From the NCBI RefSeq assembly GCF_046119375.1, contig NW_027362763.1:470518001-470582000 (forward strand): a stretch of 64,000 nucleotides of DNA. The letters run 5' to 3'. A model generated the notes under the pieces. It was not told where the DNA came from. It worked only from the letters and a program-made list of their open reading frames with translations, and made no database searches. Positions 46,480 to 58,433 of the stretch are shown one piece after another. The stretch comes from Phyllobates terribilis (Eukaryota). The number at the start of each line of letters is the position of its first letter. Position 1 is the stretch's first letter. The translations under genes were made by a program, and so were the position numbers.

Positions 46480-49400
46480 AGGGCCAACCCCCAGGAAAAA
46501 GATCACCAGGCCCATCGAACTGGCGCGACAGATATGTGGGAGGACGTCCAGTCTTGCCTGTGGTACTGGATGGCATTCCCATGAGTGCCCTACTGGACAC
46601 CGGGTCACAGGTCACCACCATCCCGTACGTGCTCTTCAAGCAGTACTGGAATGACTCGGATATTGCCCGCTACCCCGACGACGACTTGAGTATCATCGCC
46701 AGCAATGGTCAGCCCGTGCCACAGATCGGATTTAAAGAGGTGACCATCAAAATTGGTAGAGTCGAACTGGCCGCACAGGGACTGATCATTGTAGATATTG
46801 ATAAACATGAGAGTCACCCAAAAATAACTCTAGGAACTAATGTAATTGAAAATTGTCTTGCAGAGGTGATTTTCCTTTTACAGCAGGTTGCCAAGAATGC
46901 CAGCTCCGGCGAGCAGCGGGTGCTCCAGAAAGAGATCCGGGCACTGATGCAACGGCAACAAGTGGAACTCTCCGGCGGTGAGATTGGTAGCGTAAGAATG
47001 TGTGACCCTTTTCCTATTGCCATGCCCCCAAAAAGTGAAATGATGATTTGGTGCCGGGCAGCTATTGGTCTGAGAGGTAGAGATTGCCAGGCAATGGTAG
47101 AACCAGTTTACTCAGACAGTAGGCCCACCATTTTGACAGCACGGGGGGTCGTCAATGTACGCCATGGGAGGGTGCCCGTTCGCATAATAAATATCGGGGA
47201 GAGGGAAGTGTACCTGCCCCGGTATGCCACGCTAGCCAAATTATATATCACTAATCAAAATTCTATACAATCTGTGGAACCCTTGCCTCCATCTCACCCG
47301 GAGGAAGGTAACGGCTCTAAGAAAGACATGGAGGACTGGTGTCAGCAACTACATCTGGGTACTGACTCCACTCCCTCACATCAGAAACAAGGAGTCTATC
47401 GGGTGGTTCAAGAGTATGAGAGAGTGTTTAGTAAACACCCGTTAGACTTCGGGCGAGTCAAGGGGGTAGAACATCGCATCCCCACGGGAGATCATCCTCC
47501 CATAAAAGAGAGGTATCGACCCGTACCCCCTGCACCTTACCAACACGCCAAGGGGATGCTTAGAGACATGAAGGAGGCTGGGGTAATCCGGGATAGTTGT
47601 AGCCCCTGGGCAGCCCCATTAGTTTTAGTCAAAAAGAAAGACAACACCATGAGGATGTGTGTAGATTACCGGAAAATCAACCGTATCACACACAAGGATG
47701 CGTACCCCTTACCAAGGATAGAGGAGTCATTGGCTGCTTTAAGATCTGCTAACTTCTTCTCTACCTTGGATCTCACTAGCGGGTACTGGCAGGTTCCTGT
47801 AGCAGAGGCGGACCGGGAGAAGACTGCATTCACCACCCCGATGGGACTTAGCGAGTTCACCTGCATGCCGTTCGGACTCTGCAACGCACCAGGAACCTTC
47901 CAACGCCTAATGGAGTGTTGTCTGGGCCACAGAAACTTCGAGACGGTCCTGTTGTACCTGGACGATGTCATCGTATATTCCAAGACGTATGAGGACCACC
48001 TGAAACACCTGGCGGAAGTGTTCGAGGCTCTGGCGAGTTACTGCCTAAAGGTGAAACCCTCCAAGTGTCACCTCCTGAAACCAAAGGTGCAGTACCTGGG
48101 ACACGTAGTGAGCGCTGACGGAGTGGCTCCCGACCCTGATAAAATCACCGCAATTAAGGAATGGCCAAGCCCCTCCAGCGTAAAAGAAGTGCGGCAGTTC
48201 CTCGGGTTGGTAGGCTACTACCGAAGGTTTATTCCCGGTTTCACCAAAAAGGCAGCACCTATGCAGGACCTCCTGATAGGCCAGTCCCGGAAGGCCAAGA
48301 ACCAGAAGCCGCCCTTCAAATGGGAAGAGCTGGAAGAAGAGTCCTTCCGCCAGCTGAAGATGGCCCTCACGGGGGACGAAATCCTGGCGTACCCGGATTA
48401 TAGCCAGCCCTTTATCCTCTACACCGACGCCAGTAACATCGGGCTAGGAGCCGTACTGTCCCAGATCCAGCAGGGGAAGGAACGAGTAATCGCCTACGCC
48501 AGCCGAAAACTGCGACCCACCGAAAGGAACCCCGAGAATTACAGCTCATTTAAGTTAGAGTTCCTGGCCGTAGTATGGGCAATCACTGAGCGCTTTAAGC
48601 ATTACCTCGCTTCTTCCCGGTTCACCGTGTACACGGATAACAACCCGCTGACACACCTGGACACGGCAAGACTCGGTGCCCTGGAGCAGAGGTGGATGGC
48701 CCGTCTGTCCAACTACGAGTTCACAATTAAATACCGGGCAGGACGCTCCAATACCAACGCGGACGCCCTGTCCAGGATGCCCAACCTGCCGGACGGAGGA
48801 GAAGATCCGGAGGGACTGGAAGAAGTTGAACTCCCTGCGTTCCACCGTCATGGGACTATCCAGTATTCCCACCGGGTAAGGAGTAAGCAGGCTGCTACGT
48901 TGAACCCCTTACCCCACTACAACTGGGCGGAAACGCAAGACAGCGACCCTGCCGTCCGACTGGTGAAGGAGATGCTGACTCGGCCGGAGGCTCGCCTTGA
49001 ACCAGACGCTCCGGAGGAAGCCAAACAACTATGGGCAGAGAAGAGTCGACTGTTCCTTTACAAAGGGAAGTTGTGCCGCAGAATGGTTAACTCCCGGACG
49101 CATGAATTACTCTGGCAAGTAGTGGTGCCACGAAGAGACGCAGCCATGGTGATGGAGGCATACCACGACGGAGCTGGACACTTTGGGTGGAAAAAGCTGG
49201 AGTTCCTGCTGCGCGAGCGGTTCCACTGGGTAGGCATGAGGGGAACCATCGAGAAGTGGTGCAGAGATTGTGGCCCATGCAACCTGAGAAGGAAGGACCG
49301 AGCCAGCCAGAAGACTCCCCTGCAGTCCATCGTCACCCGGCAACCGTTGGAACTGGTAGCCTTGGATCATGTAAAACTGACCCCAAGCAGAAGTGGCTAC

Positions 49401-50591
49401 GTCTACGCGTTAACCATCGTGGATCATTACTCCCGGTTCTTGGTTGTCGTCCCCGTCAAGGACTTAACGGCTCAAACAGCAGCTAGAGCCTTCCAGCAGC
49501 ACTTCTGCCGTCCACACGGGTACCCGGACCAAGTGCTGACGGACCAGGGACCTGCCTTTGAAGCGGAGGTCTTTCAGGAATTCTGCAATCTGTATGGCTG
49601 CCGGAAGATAAGGACGACACCCTACCATCCGCAGACTAATGGACTTTGTGAAAAAATGAACCAGGTGGTAATGGATCTTCTAAAAACGTTGCCCCTGGAA
49701 GAACGCAGTCTGTGGCCTGAAAAGTTGCCCGATCTGGTGGACCTATACAACCACATCCCGGTAGGTTCCACCAACTGTACCCCGGCTTACCTAATGAGGG
49801 CAAGACCTGGTAAGTTACCTGTTGACCTGGAAATGGGAGTCCTGACCCCCGAGGACACTTCACCAGAAACAGACTGGGACACAGAGAGGCAGCAGCAGTA
49901 CCGGAGAGTACAGGAGAGCGTGGAGCGAAGTCTCTGTCAGGCTAGGGAAAGACAAGAGAAAACTTACAACCAGTATGCTCCCGCTGTTCCCCTGGTACCC
50001 GGAGAGCAGGTCTTGAAGAGGAAGAGACGGCTCCACAAGTTGGACGACCAGTGGGAGAAGGACCCGTACACCGTACTGCCCTCAAGCCACGAGAACCCGA
50101 AGGTCTGTACCATCAGTAAAGACGGAGGGGAAACCACAGCCATTGTATCCCGGGACCACCTGAAGAAGTGTCCCGAACAACTGAGGAACCCTGAAGAGGA
50201 ACAAGAAGACCATCGACCCGTGGAAGAAAGGGAAGATATGGTTAGTACCGTGCTCGGGGACTTCCCTCAGTCTTGGACTCAAGTCAATGGTGCAGTTGTG
50301 GTACCCGTACTCACCTTCCTCCAACCATCATCCCAAGAACCTACGGAGCAACGGGTAGAGCTGGAAGAACAGCCGGCCCAGGAGGCAGAAGACTCCACAC
50401 AAGCAGAACAGGAGAATCAACCCTCTGCTTATAGTGAGCCTGCCGTACCCCTAGTGAGACAAAGAGCCGGTAGACAGCTGCCCAGTTTACCCTTGACAGC
50501 TCCTACACCCTGTAGTTCAGGGCCAGACAGTCAGCTCCGTAGGTCCACTCGGGCCACTAGAGGCCAGTTACCCGCACGCTGGAGAATTTAA
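46455..50591 (+). CDS. pol: Pol of Gypsy D (PR-RT-RNase H-IN), in the -1 frame relative to gag
   Basis: 1351-aa open ORF: LLDTGSQ (PR), YLDD (RT), LYTDASNIGLGAVL (RH), HDGAGH...CRDC, VALDH...LTDQG...EKMN (IN). The frame stays open back to the TTTAAAC site at 46455. Confidence 0.95.
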   Translation, partial: FKRAQPGVEGQPPGKRSPGPSNWRDRYVGGRPVLPVVLDGIPMSALLDTGSQVTTIPYVLFKQYWNDSDIARYPDDDLSIIASNGQPVPQIGFKEVTIKIGRVELAAQGLIIVDIDKHESHPKITLGTNVIENCLAEVIFLLQQVAKNASSGEQRVLQKEIRALMQRQQVELSGGEIGSVRMCDPFPIAMPPKSEMMIWCRAAIGLRGRDCQAMVEPVYSDSRPTILTARGVVNVRHGRVPVRIINIGEREVYLPRYATLAKLYITNQNSIQSVEPLPPSHPEEGNGSKKDMEDWCQQLHLGTDSTPSHQKQGVYRVVQEYERVFSKHPLDFGRVKGVEHRIPTGDHPPIKERYRPVPPAPYQHAKGMLRDMKEAGVIRDSCSPWAAPLVLVKKKDNTMRMCVDYRKINRITHKDAYPLPRIEESLAALRSANFFSTLDLTSGYWQVPVAEADREKTAFTTPMGLSEFTCMPFGLCNAPGTFQRLMECCLGHRNFETVLLYLDDVIVYSKTYEDHLKHLAEVFEALASYCLKVKPSKCHLLKPKVQYLGHVVSADGVAPDPDKITAIKEWPSPSSVKEVRQFLGLVGYYRRFIPGFTKKAAPMQDLLIGQSRKAKNQKPPFKWEELEEESFRQLKMALTGDEILAYPDYSQPFILYTDASNIGLGAVLSQIQQGKERVIAYASRKLRPTERNPENYSSFKLEFLAVVWAITERFKHYLASSRFTVYTDNNPLTHLDTARLGALEQRWMARLSNYEFTIKYRAGRSNTNADALSRMPNLPDGGEDPEGLEEVELPAFHRHGTIQYSHRVRSKQAATLNPLPHYNWAETQDSDPAVRLVKEMLTRPEARLEPDAPEEAKQLWAEKSRLFLYKGKLCRRMVNSRTHELLWQVVVPRRDAAMVMEAYHDGAGHFGWKKLEFLLRERFHWVGMRGTIEKWCRDCGPCNLRRKDRASQKTPLQSIVTRQPLELVALDHVKLTPSRSGYVYALTIVDHYSRFLVVVPVKDLTAQTAARAFQQHFCRPHGYPDQVLTDQGPAFEAEVFQEFCNLYGCRKIRTTPYHPQTNGLCEKMNQVVMDLLKTLPLEERSLWPEKLPDLVDLYNHIPVGSTNCTPAYLMRARPGKLPVDLEMGVLTPEDTSPETDWDTERQQQYRRVQESVERSLCQARERQEKTYNQYAPAVPLVPGEQVLKRKRRLHKLDDQWEKDPYTVLPSSHENPKVCTISKDGGETTAIVSRDHLKKCPEQLRNPEEEQEDHRPVEEREDMVSTVLGDFPQSWTQVNGAVVVPVLTFLQPSSQEPTEQRVELEEQPAQEAEDSTQAEQENQPSAYSEPAVPLVRQRAGRQLPSLPLTAPTPCSSGPDSQLRRSTRATRGQLPARWRI

Positions 50592-51989
50592 AGTGTATAA
50601 ATTGTTTTATTTATGTTTTTCTGTGTCTTGTTGCTTGTGTATAATTTTGTGTTTCTAGTTATTTTTAGGAATCCTTGGTGGATTTACCGGGAATCCTTGT
50701 ACATAGTTGGAGCGTAACCCAGGATGGACTAGAGACTGTTAAGGACTCGGGGTAGGACAGACCCCTACCTGGTTACGTCTCCCTGTGTTGGTGAAATGGA
50801 CACCTTGCTCTCTTCAGAGACTGCACCCGGTTGCGGACACGCCGTAACCATCTTTATATGTTTTCTTATTGTATTATTAATGTTTTTGCCTTGTTATGTT
50901 TTTCTAAACGTGTTTAGTCCCGGAGTACTAAATTTCACTAGGGGGGAATGTGGCACCCCAGGGGTCTGGTTTTCCACAGTAATGTAATGTTATGTCTCAG
51001 AGCAGGTGGGAGGTCCTTTGGTCAGGGATCCTGTGCATGCCACACCTCCTGCCCAGTCTTGGGAGGGGAAGAACTTCCCCTGTATAAACCCGGGGCTGAG
51101 GCAGGGTGAGTCAGACAAGTGGAGTAGAGACAAGAAGCAGCATAGGAAACAGCAGAGTTACAAGGAGTCAGGGGCTGGCAGCTGCAGAGCTCGCCCTGAC
51201 TAAGAAGACTTCTTTCCGGACCCGGAGTCCGAGGCTGTGGGGACTAACTCCTACCCAGCAGCAGAATCCGTCAGGCAGGGGATTTCAGGTCCTCTGGCCC
51301 AGAAGCCCGAAGGCACGGTCACACGCGTGGGACCAGCACCGCCATCGTGGAGCGGAAGCCATTAGAAGGCCCCGAGTCACCGGCCATACGGGTGAGCACC
51401 ACACGGTACACTCAGGGACGTGGGCTACTTACATCAGCTTCTAGCAAAGTAGCCAGAAGAGTACAGTCAGTTTGGGAGGCCTACAACTACGCCTGGCCAG
51501 GGGAGATCCCATCTGCTCAAGGACTGACCAGGCCCCGTTCGCTAGCAAGTACTCCGGGAGGGTCTATCGTTGTTACCAGTAAAGACCCTGAACTACACCG
51601 TACCGTCTCTGAGTGGTTCCTGCTACCCCCATCATCCACGTCGGCTGCCCTGAGACCATACCCCTCCCGTTGGGGGTTATACTATCACGCTGCATAATCC
51701 TACCATCGGCCTCAGCGGTCTGCCCCGCAGCAGCAGCTCCCTGGCTGCACTCAACGGGTGGCGTAGTCATCAACTATTTACTACTAGTAGACTGCCGTCC
51801 AGTTTGACTCCCTGGGCACGGACCGGGTCACCGCCACGAGACTACAACCCTCCACGGATCCGGCTCCGGGTAAGCTCCCGCGTGCGCACCGCAGCGCGAC
51901 ACAGGCCCAGGGGCGCGTCATATACCCATGTGTGAGTGTGAAGCGGTGCATGGGAATACACCTCCCAAAATAACACAGTGGATTTGACT

Positions 51990-54900
51990 TTATGTTACTC
52001 TGCTGTCATTTGGTGGTGATGAGAAGTCTGGCCCAATCCCGCCCTTGTTCATTTTGATAAGGATCAGCTTGTCAGCATTGTCAGTTGACAGGCGAGTGCG
52101 CTTATCAGTTATAATTCCCCCAGTGGCATTAAAAACACGCTCCGATAACACGCTAGCAGCAGGGCAGGCCAGGACCTCCAAGGCGTACAGAACGAGTTCA
52201 TTCCAAGTGTCCAGCTTGGATACCCAATAATTAAAAGGCACAGAGGAATCACGGAGGACGCTGGTACGGTCGGCAAGATACTCCCTCACCATCTTTTGAA
52301 ACTTTCCACTCCTTTTGAGAGTACTCCGCGCCTCAGGGCCTGTAAGCTGGGAGGGTCTCAGAAAACTGTCCCAAAATGTTTACAGTGTTCCCCTGCCTCT
52401 GCTGGATTGGATTTGCGTCTCTCTCGCCTGTACGCTTTGGTTGGGCAACGAACTGTGACCTCTGCCGCTAGCGTGTTCAGATGGGAATTTTTTTAACAGT
52501 TCTGCAGGAAGGGCCTTCTGGTACTGCCACATTTTTGTAGATCTCTCCACCTCAGGAATAAGAGAGTGAAAGTTCTCCTTGTAGCGGAGGTCTAAAAGTG
52601 TCACCAACCAGTAATGACTGTCACCCAACATTTTGACAACGCGAGGGTCACGGTTAAGGCAGCGTAACATAAAGTCAGCCATGCGTGCCAGACTGGTAAC
52701 GGGCAAGACTTCCATGTCCTCACGAAGATGACTACTGACCATGCTCTCCTCCTCCTCCTCCTCCCCCGTCCTTAGGCCATCCACGCTGAACCGACGGTAC
52801 GACAGTTGTACAGGTACTACCGTCTACAGCGCATGATACCAGCTCTTGTTCTTCCTCCTCCTCCTCCTCTCCCTCATTGTCCCCCAATGCACGTTGGGAT
52901 GAGATGAGGCTGGGCTGTGTGTAATCGCCCGCTATGGCTTCTTGCTCCATCTCATCATACTCTAGCTGCAATGCTTCCTCTTTAATTCTCTGCAGAGAGC
53001 ATTGCAAAAGACAGACAAGTGGGATGCTGACGCTAATGATGGCTTCATCACCACTCACCATCTTGGTGGACTCCTCAAAGTTTGTCAGGATGGTACATAT
53101 GTCAGACATCCAGGTCCACTCCTGAGGTCTTATGAGTGGAGTCTGACCTGAATATCGACGGCCTTGTTGCAGCTGGTACTCCACAACTGCTCTCTTCTGC
53201 TCACAAATCCTTTGCAACATGTGGAGGGTAGAGTTCCAACGTGTGGGGACATCACACACCAGTCGGTGTGCCGGAAGCTGCAAACGCTGCTGCAACACAT
53301 CAAGGGCGGCGGAAGCTGTAGCCGACTTCCGAAAATGAGCTGACAGGCAGCGTACTTTGACGAGCAGATCTGGCAACTCGGGGTACGATTTAAGAAACAG
53401 CTGAACCACGAGGTTAAGCACATGAGCCAGGCATGGTACGTGTGTGATCTTGCCTGCCTCAGAGCCGCCACCAGGTTACGGCCATTGTCACACACGACCA
53501 TGCCTGGATGTAGGTTCAGCGGTGTCAGCCACAGATCTGCCTGCTCTTTCACAGCTATCCACAACTCACAAGCAGTGTGAGGTTTATCACCTAAGCTTAT
53601 GAGTTTCAGCACAGCCTGTTGCCGCTTGGCTGAGGCAGTACTGCAGTGCTTCCAGCTTGTAACTGATGTGGTGATATCTGAGATGGAGGCTGAACATGAG
53701 GAGGAGGAGGATGCGCAGGAGCTGTACACTGTGGGGGCAACTCTGACTGACATAGGGCCCGCAATCCTCGGTGTGGGGAGGATGTGTTCCGTCCCAAGGT
53801 CCGACTGGGTCCTGGCTTCCACTATGTTTACCCAGTGTGCCATCAGGGAGATGTACCGTCCCTGGCCACAAGCACGTGTCCACGTGTCCGTTGTCAGGTG
53901 GACTCTCCCAGTAACTGTGTTGTTGAGGGCACGGCAGATGTTTTGGGACACGTGCTTGTGTAGTGCGGGGATGGCACACCGGGCAAAATAGTGTCGGCTG
54001 GGGACCGAGTACCGAGGGACAGCCACCGCCATAAGGTTGCGGAAGGATTCCGTCTCCACCAGCCTAAAGGGCAGCATTTCCAACGCAAGCAGTCGTGAAA
54101 TGTGCGAATTTAGGACTGTGGCCTGTGGGGCGTTGGCTGAAATTTGCGCTTTCGTTCAAAGGTCTGGGATATGGATAATTGAACGCTGCGGTGGGACGCG
54201 GACGTGGACGTTGATGCTGTTTCTTGAGAAACTGCCATAACAAGTGAAGACTGAGAGGAGGGGGAATCTTTGCATGCAGTATGGACAGGGGATTGCCTTG
54301 CACGCACAAAAGAGGGTTCTCTTACACGCACAACAGTGGAAGAAGCAGTGGTGACACCCGCTGACACTGGTCGTGGAACCTGGGGTTCGCCCCACAAAGT
54401 CGGGTGCTTTGCTGACATGTGCCTGATCATGCTGGTGGTGGTCAGGCTGGTAGTTTTGTCACCCCTGCTGATGCTGGCCTAGCAGGTGGTACAAATGGCC
54501 TTTTTGGGGTTATCAGCAGAGTCTTTAAAAAAATTCCAGACTCTGGAAGACCTACCGGTTGTACTGGCAACGTCCCTCGTGTTGGTGTAACGGGGGACGG
54601 TTGCCCGCCTTCTGTCTTCGGCCACCACACTGCTTCTTCCTGCCTGTTGGGGTACTCTGCCTCCCCCCCCCTGTGTGCTGCTGGCCTCGCTCTGCGTGTC
54701 CTCCTGCCACGTTGGGTCAGTTACTAGATCATCCACCACCTCCTCCTCTTCCACTTCTGCACCACGATCCTCCTCCTCACTTCGTGGCAATTGTGTCTCG
54801 TCATCGTCCACCTCTTGTGACAAATTGCCAGCGTCGCCTTCCTGTGGCTGTGGCTGTTCAAATATTTGGCCATCGCTACATGGTATCTCCTCTTCCACCA

Positions 54901-55333
54901 CTTCAAGCGGAGCAGACGAGGGGCCCAAATATGGAAATGGACCAGTCAACAGCTCTTCAGAGTGTCCAACTGTGGGATCAGTTGCTGTCTGACGACACTC
55001 GGCATGGTGGGAGGAAGGAGCATCAGGGTGAGGAGGAGTATGCGGTCGAGACTTACGGCTACTAAGACCTGATTGTGTGGAAGACAGACCCGAGGTGGTG
55101 GTGCCCAGGTGACTGGAAGTATTATCTGCTATCCAATTAATAACCTGTTCACACTGATCAGTTCGCAATAGTGGTGCTGTTGTGTGCTTCCATAGTAATT
55201 CGGTCAAGAACTGGGAGCCAGAAGATGTGGCTATTGGTTGTGGCACATTTTCACCTTGGCCACGGCCCCATCCTCTGCACGCACCATCACCAAAACGTCC
55301 AGTTCCACGTCCCTTGCCACGCTCCTTGCCCAT
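51990..55333 (-). pseudogene. hAT transposase (BED finger, catalytic core, C-terminal dimerisation domain), with several stops and frameshifts
   Basis: SRVWNFF...KAICTTC (BED); VHLTTDTWT; DVPTRWNSTLHML; LEVLACPAASVLSERVFNATGGIITDKRTRLS (hATC). Confidence 0.93.
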
Positions 55334-55393
55334 TGTAAATTAAGTAAAATAGCTTACACTCGCACTATCAATGGCAAAAGGGTAATAAAAAGG

Positions 55394-55795
55394 AGATTTG
55401 AACCATGGAAGAGGAAAACCACAGTTCTAGTTCTCTGGCCTACACCAGAATCTTTTAAACAGATATATTTGTGTCTGAACAGTCAGCGAGACACTCAACA
55501 GTTTTTTTTATGGAAAAAAGGCAAAAAGGTGGATAACACCCAGATTTGAACCATGGAAGGGGAAAACCACAGTTCTAGTTCTCTGGCCTACACCAGAATC
55601 TTTTAAACAGATATATATTTGTGTCTGAACAGTCAGCAAGACACTCAAACTGTTTTTTTTTATGGAAAAAAGGCAAAAAAGTAGATAATATAGAGATTTG
55701 ACCCGTGGAACTGCAAAACCACAGTTCTAGTTATCTGGCCGAAACCAGACTCTTTTAAACAGATATATTTGTGTCTGAACACTCACAGACACACT
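55394..55795. repeat. ~150-bp unit x 2.7 in the hAT 5' non-coding region
   Basis: agatttg recurs at 55394, 55542 and 55694. Confidence 0.85.
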
Positions 55796-58433
55796 CAATT
55801 TTTTTTATTTTGGGGAAAAAATACCAAAAGGTTAATAAGACGGGTATTTGTACAGTCTGACAGAGGAAAAAAAAAGGAGGATTTAGATGAAAAAAAAACG
55901 ATTTTTCCTGGCTCCTAAGACCTGGGACTACGTCTAGCAATTTGAGCAGCAGCAGCACACAGGACTGTAATGCTGTGTTTGTTGGTATAACCACTGCGTC
56001 TCCTATACAGCCTGCCTGCCTGCCTGATATCTGTGATGGATATTAGTCCTCAGAAGGACTGTTTGTTTGATTTTGCAGGCTTTAGAGACCCTACACTACC
56101 TATTTCGCAGTATAAATTTCTCCCTAGCTCAGCAGCACTCTCCCTACACTTTCTGATCCGGAGCGACTGTGTCTAAGATGGCGGCGCCCGGTTTTAAATA
56201 CTCGAGGTGACGCTGTGCGGCCAGCCAATCACTGTTATGCCCACAACCAACATGGATGCGGCATTACAGTGACTGGCTGGCAATCCCTGCATGTTCATTG
56301 GCTCTGTAAAGAGCACCAAACATGCAGGGCGGAGACCTGAGCTCCCACCCGAGTAACCCGAAAATGCTCGGTGCTCACCGAACAGCCCGAGTATTGAGAT
56401 GCTCGGGCGAGTACCAAGCAGTGTCGAGCATGCTCGCTCAACACTACTTATTATACCTTAGTCCCCAAAACGGGCAGGGAGCTGACTTCTGGTACTACGG
56501 GTTGATCAACGCAGTACAGTTATTGCTAATGACCTACCCGGGTCTCTAGTGTCTACCGCTGGTGTGGTGGGTGCACTATTCACTATGCTACTTGTGGACC
56601 TACGTAGTGCTGGTATACTAGATTACCTTCTGCGAACTCCTAAACTCACCATGGGACTGCCAGATTCAATGCTAGCAGGGGGTAGATTCACTCGTTCTAC
56701 TGCAGTTGTGGCATCTGTTGCTGGGGCCGTATGGTCTCCCAGCTGTTCTATAGTCTCTGCGGCTTCTGGTAAGGCTATTTGGGGAAAGGTCAGGACAGGT
56801 ACCACGATTGCTTGGTTCACCTGCATCCAAGACCGGAGAAATTCTCCAAGGATGGTTTGAACCATCTCTTCCACTTTTTCTGTGTGCTGGGGGCTGTTTT
56901 GGTATTCCTGTTGGTCTCTCAATTGATCAGGGCATATCTTTAGGTGGTCTCTTGAGACTGCCGCCGAAGTCTCTCCTCCATCTTTACTGATGAGGCATAC
57001 CTTGGTGTTGTCGAAATTTGAAGGTAAGGCGGTGTATGCCTCAACCTCCCACTGATCGTCTAATTTGTGAACTTGTCTCTTTCTTTTGAGTACCTGTTCT
57101 CCAGGTGACAAGGGAACTCCAGGTGCGTGCTGATTATAAGTTCTTTCCTGCCTCTGTCTCGCCTGGGACAAACTTCTCTTTACACATTCTTGCACCTTGC
57201 TGTATTGTTGCTGCCGCTCTGTATCCCAGTCTGCATCTGGTGATGTTGTCTCAGGTGTTAAAACTCCCATGTCTAAGTCAATGGGTAACTTGCCAGGTCT
57301 TGCCCTCATCAGGTAGGCGGGTGTACATTTGGTGGAGTTCACTGGGATGTGGTTATATAGGTCTACCAAATCAGGTAACTTCTCTGGCCACAGGCTACTC
57401 TCTTCCAGGGGCAGCGTCTTCAACAGGTCTATTACTACCTGGTTCATTTTCTCGCATAAACCGTTGGTCTGGGAATGATACGGCGTCGTCCTTTTTTTCT
57501 TGCAGTCGTACATGTTACAGAACTCCTGAAACACTTCTGCTTCAAAGGCCGTGCCTTGGTCGGTAAGCACTCGTTTAGGGTACCGTGCAGGCGGCAAAAG
57601 TGTTGTTGAATCGCTTTGGCTGCCGTCTTAGCCATCTGATCCTTCTCTGACACTACTACCAGGAAATGTGAGTAGTAGTCTACTATGGTGAGAGCGTAGA
57701 CATAGCCTGACCAGCTTGGGGATAGCTTTATGTGGTCCAAGGCTACCAGTTCAAGTGGTTGTTTGGTGACTATGGGCTGCAGGGGAGCCCTCTGGCTATC
57801 ACGGTCTTTTCGTCTCAGGTTGCATGGACCACATTCTTGACACCATCTCTTGATTGCTTTCCTCATGCCAACCCAGTAGAATCGCTCACATAGCAGGACT
57901 TCCAACTTCTTCCACCCGAAGAGTCCTGCTTCATCGTGGTGCGCCTCTAAGACCATTGGCGCATCCCGCTTCGGGACTACCACCTGCCAGACCAGTTTGT
58001 GTGTCCAGGAGTTGATGCTTCTCTGACACAGCTTTGCCTCATAGATGAACAGCTTGCCCTTCTCCTTCACAACTGTTGGGTCTCCTGTGGAGGATCTGGA
58101 CCAGGGTGCGAGTCAGCTTGTGTCAGCAACTCCTTTACTAGGCCGGGTCGCTATCCTGCGTCTCTACCCATCCATGGTGGGGCAATGGGTTAAATGTGGC
58201 CTCTCTGTTGGCGGAGCGCTTGTCCCTCACATAGTGGGAGCACTGGGTCACCCCGTGACGATGGAAAGCCTGTAGCTCTATCTCCTCCAGCTCTTCTGGG
58301 ACTTCTCCCCCATCTGGCAAGTCGGGCATCCTGGACAGCGCATCAGCATTAGCGTTTTTATGTCCCAACCGATACTTGATGGTAAACTCGTAGTTGGACA
58401 GCCAGGCCATCCATTGCAGCTTCAGGGCACCTA

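Larger units (their letters stand above)
44063..51920 (+). mobile_element. Gypsy D: intact, recent Ty3/Gypsy LTR retrotransposon (7858 bp)
   Basis: 972-bp LTRs at 44063-45034 and 50949-51920 (about 4 differences seen); 4-bp TSD TATA; tRNA-Ser PBS; PPT AGGGGGGAA at 50940-50948; open gag and pol. Confidence 0.98.
39173..56446 (-). mobile_element. hAT DNA transposon (~9.4 kb without the nested Gypsy D)
   Basis: Perfect 16-bp TIRs TAGTGTTGAGCGAGCA / TGCTCGCTCAACACTA and perfect 8-bp TSD CTTATTAT at 39165-39172 and 56447-56454. Confidence 0.96.
38686..58433 (-). mobile_element. Gypsy F1 remnant: 3' UTR (38686-39172) and pol RH/IN part (56455-58433), split by the hAT insertion
   Basis: Removing 39173-56446 restores the reverse complement of 61480-62037. 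ORFs 56623-57597, 57444-58070 and 58138-58515 encode integrase and RH-linker sequence. Confidence 0.9.

Noticed and set aside
50592-50948. env or extra ORF in Gypsy D
   Set aside because: The 357-bp T-rich 3' UTR has only a 63-aa ORF with no recognisable features.
51990-55333. Domesticated ZBED gene
   Set aside because: The ORF is disrupted and lies within TIRs and an 8-bp TSD.
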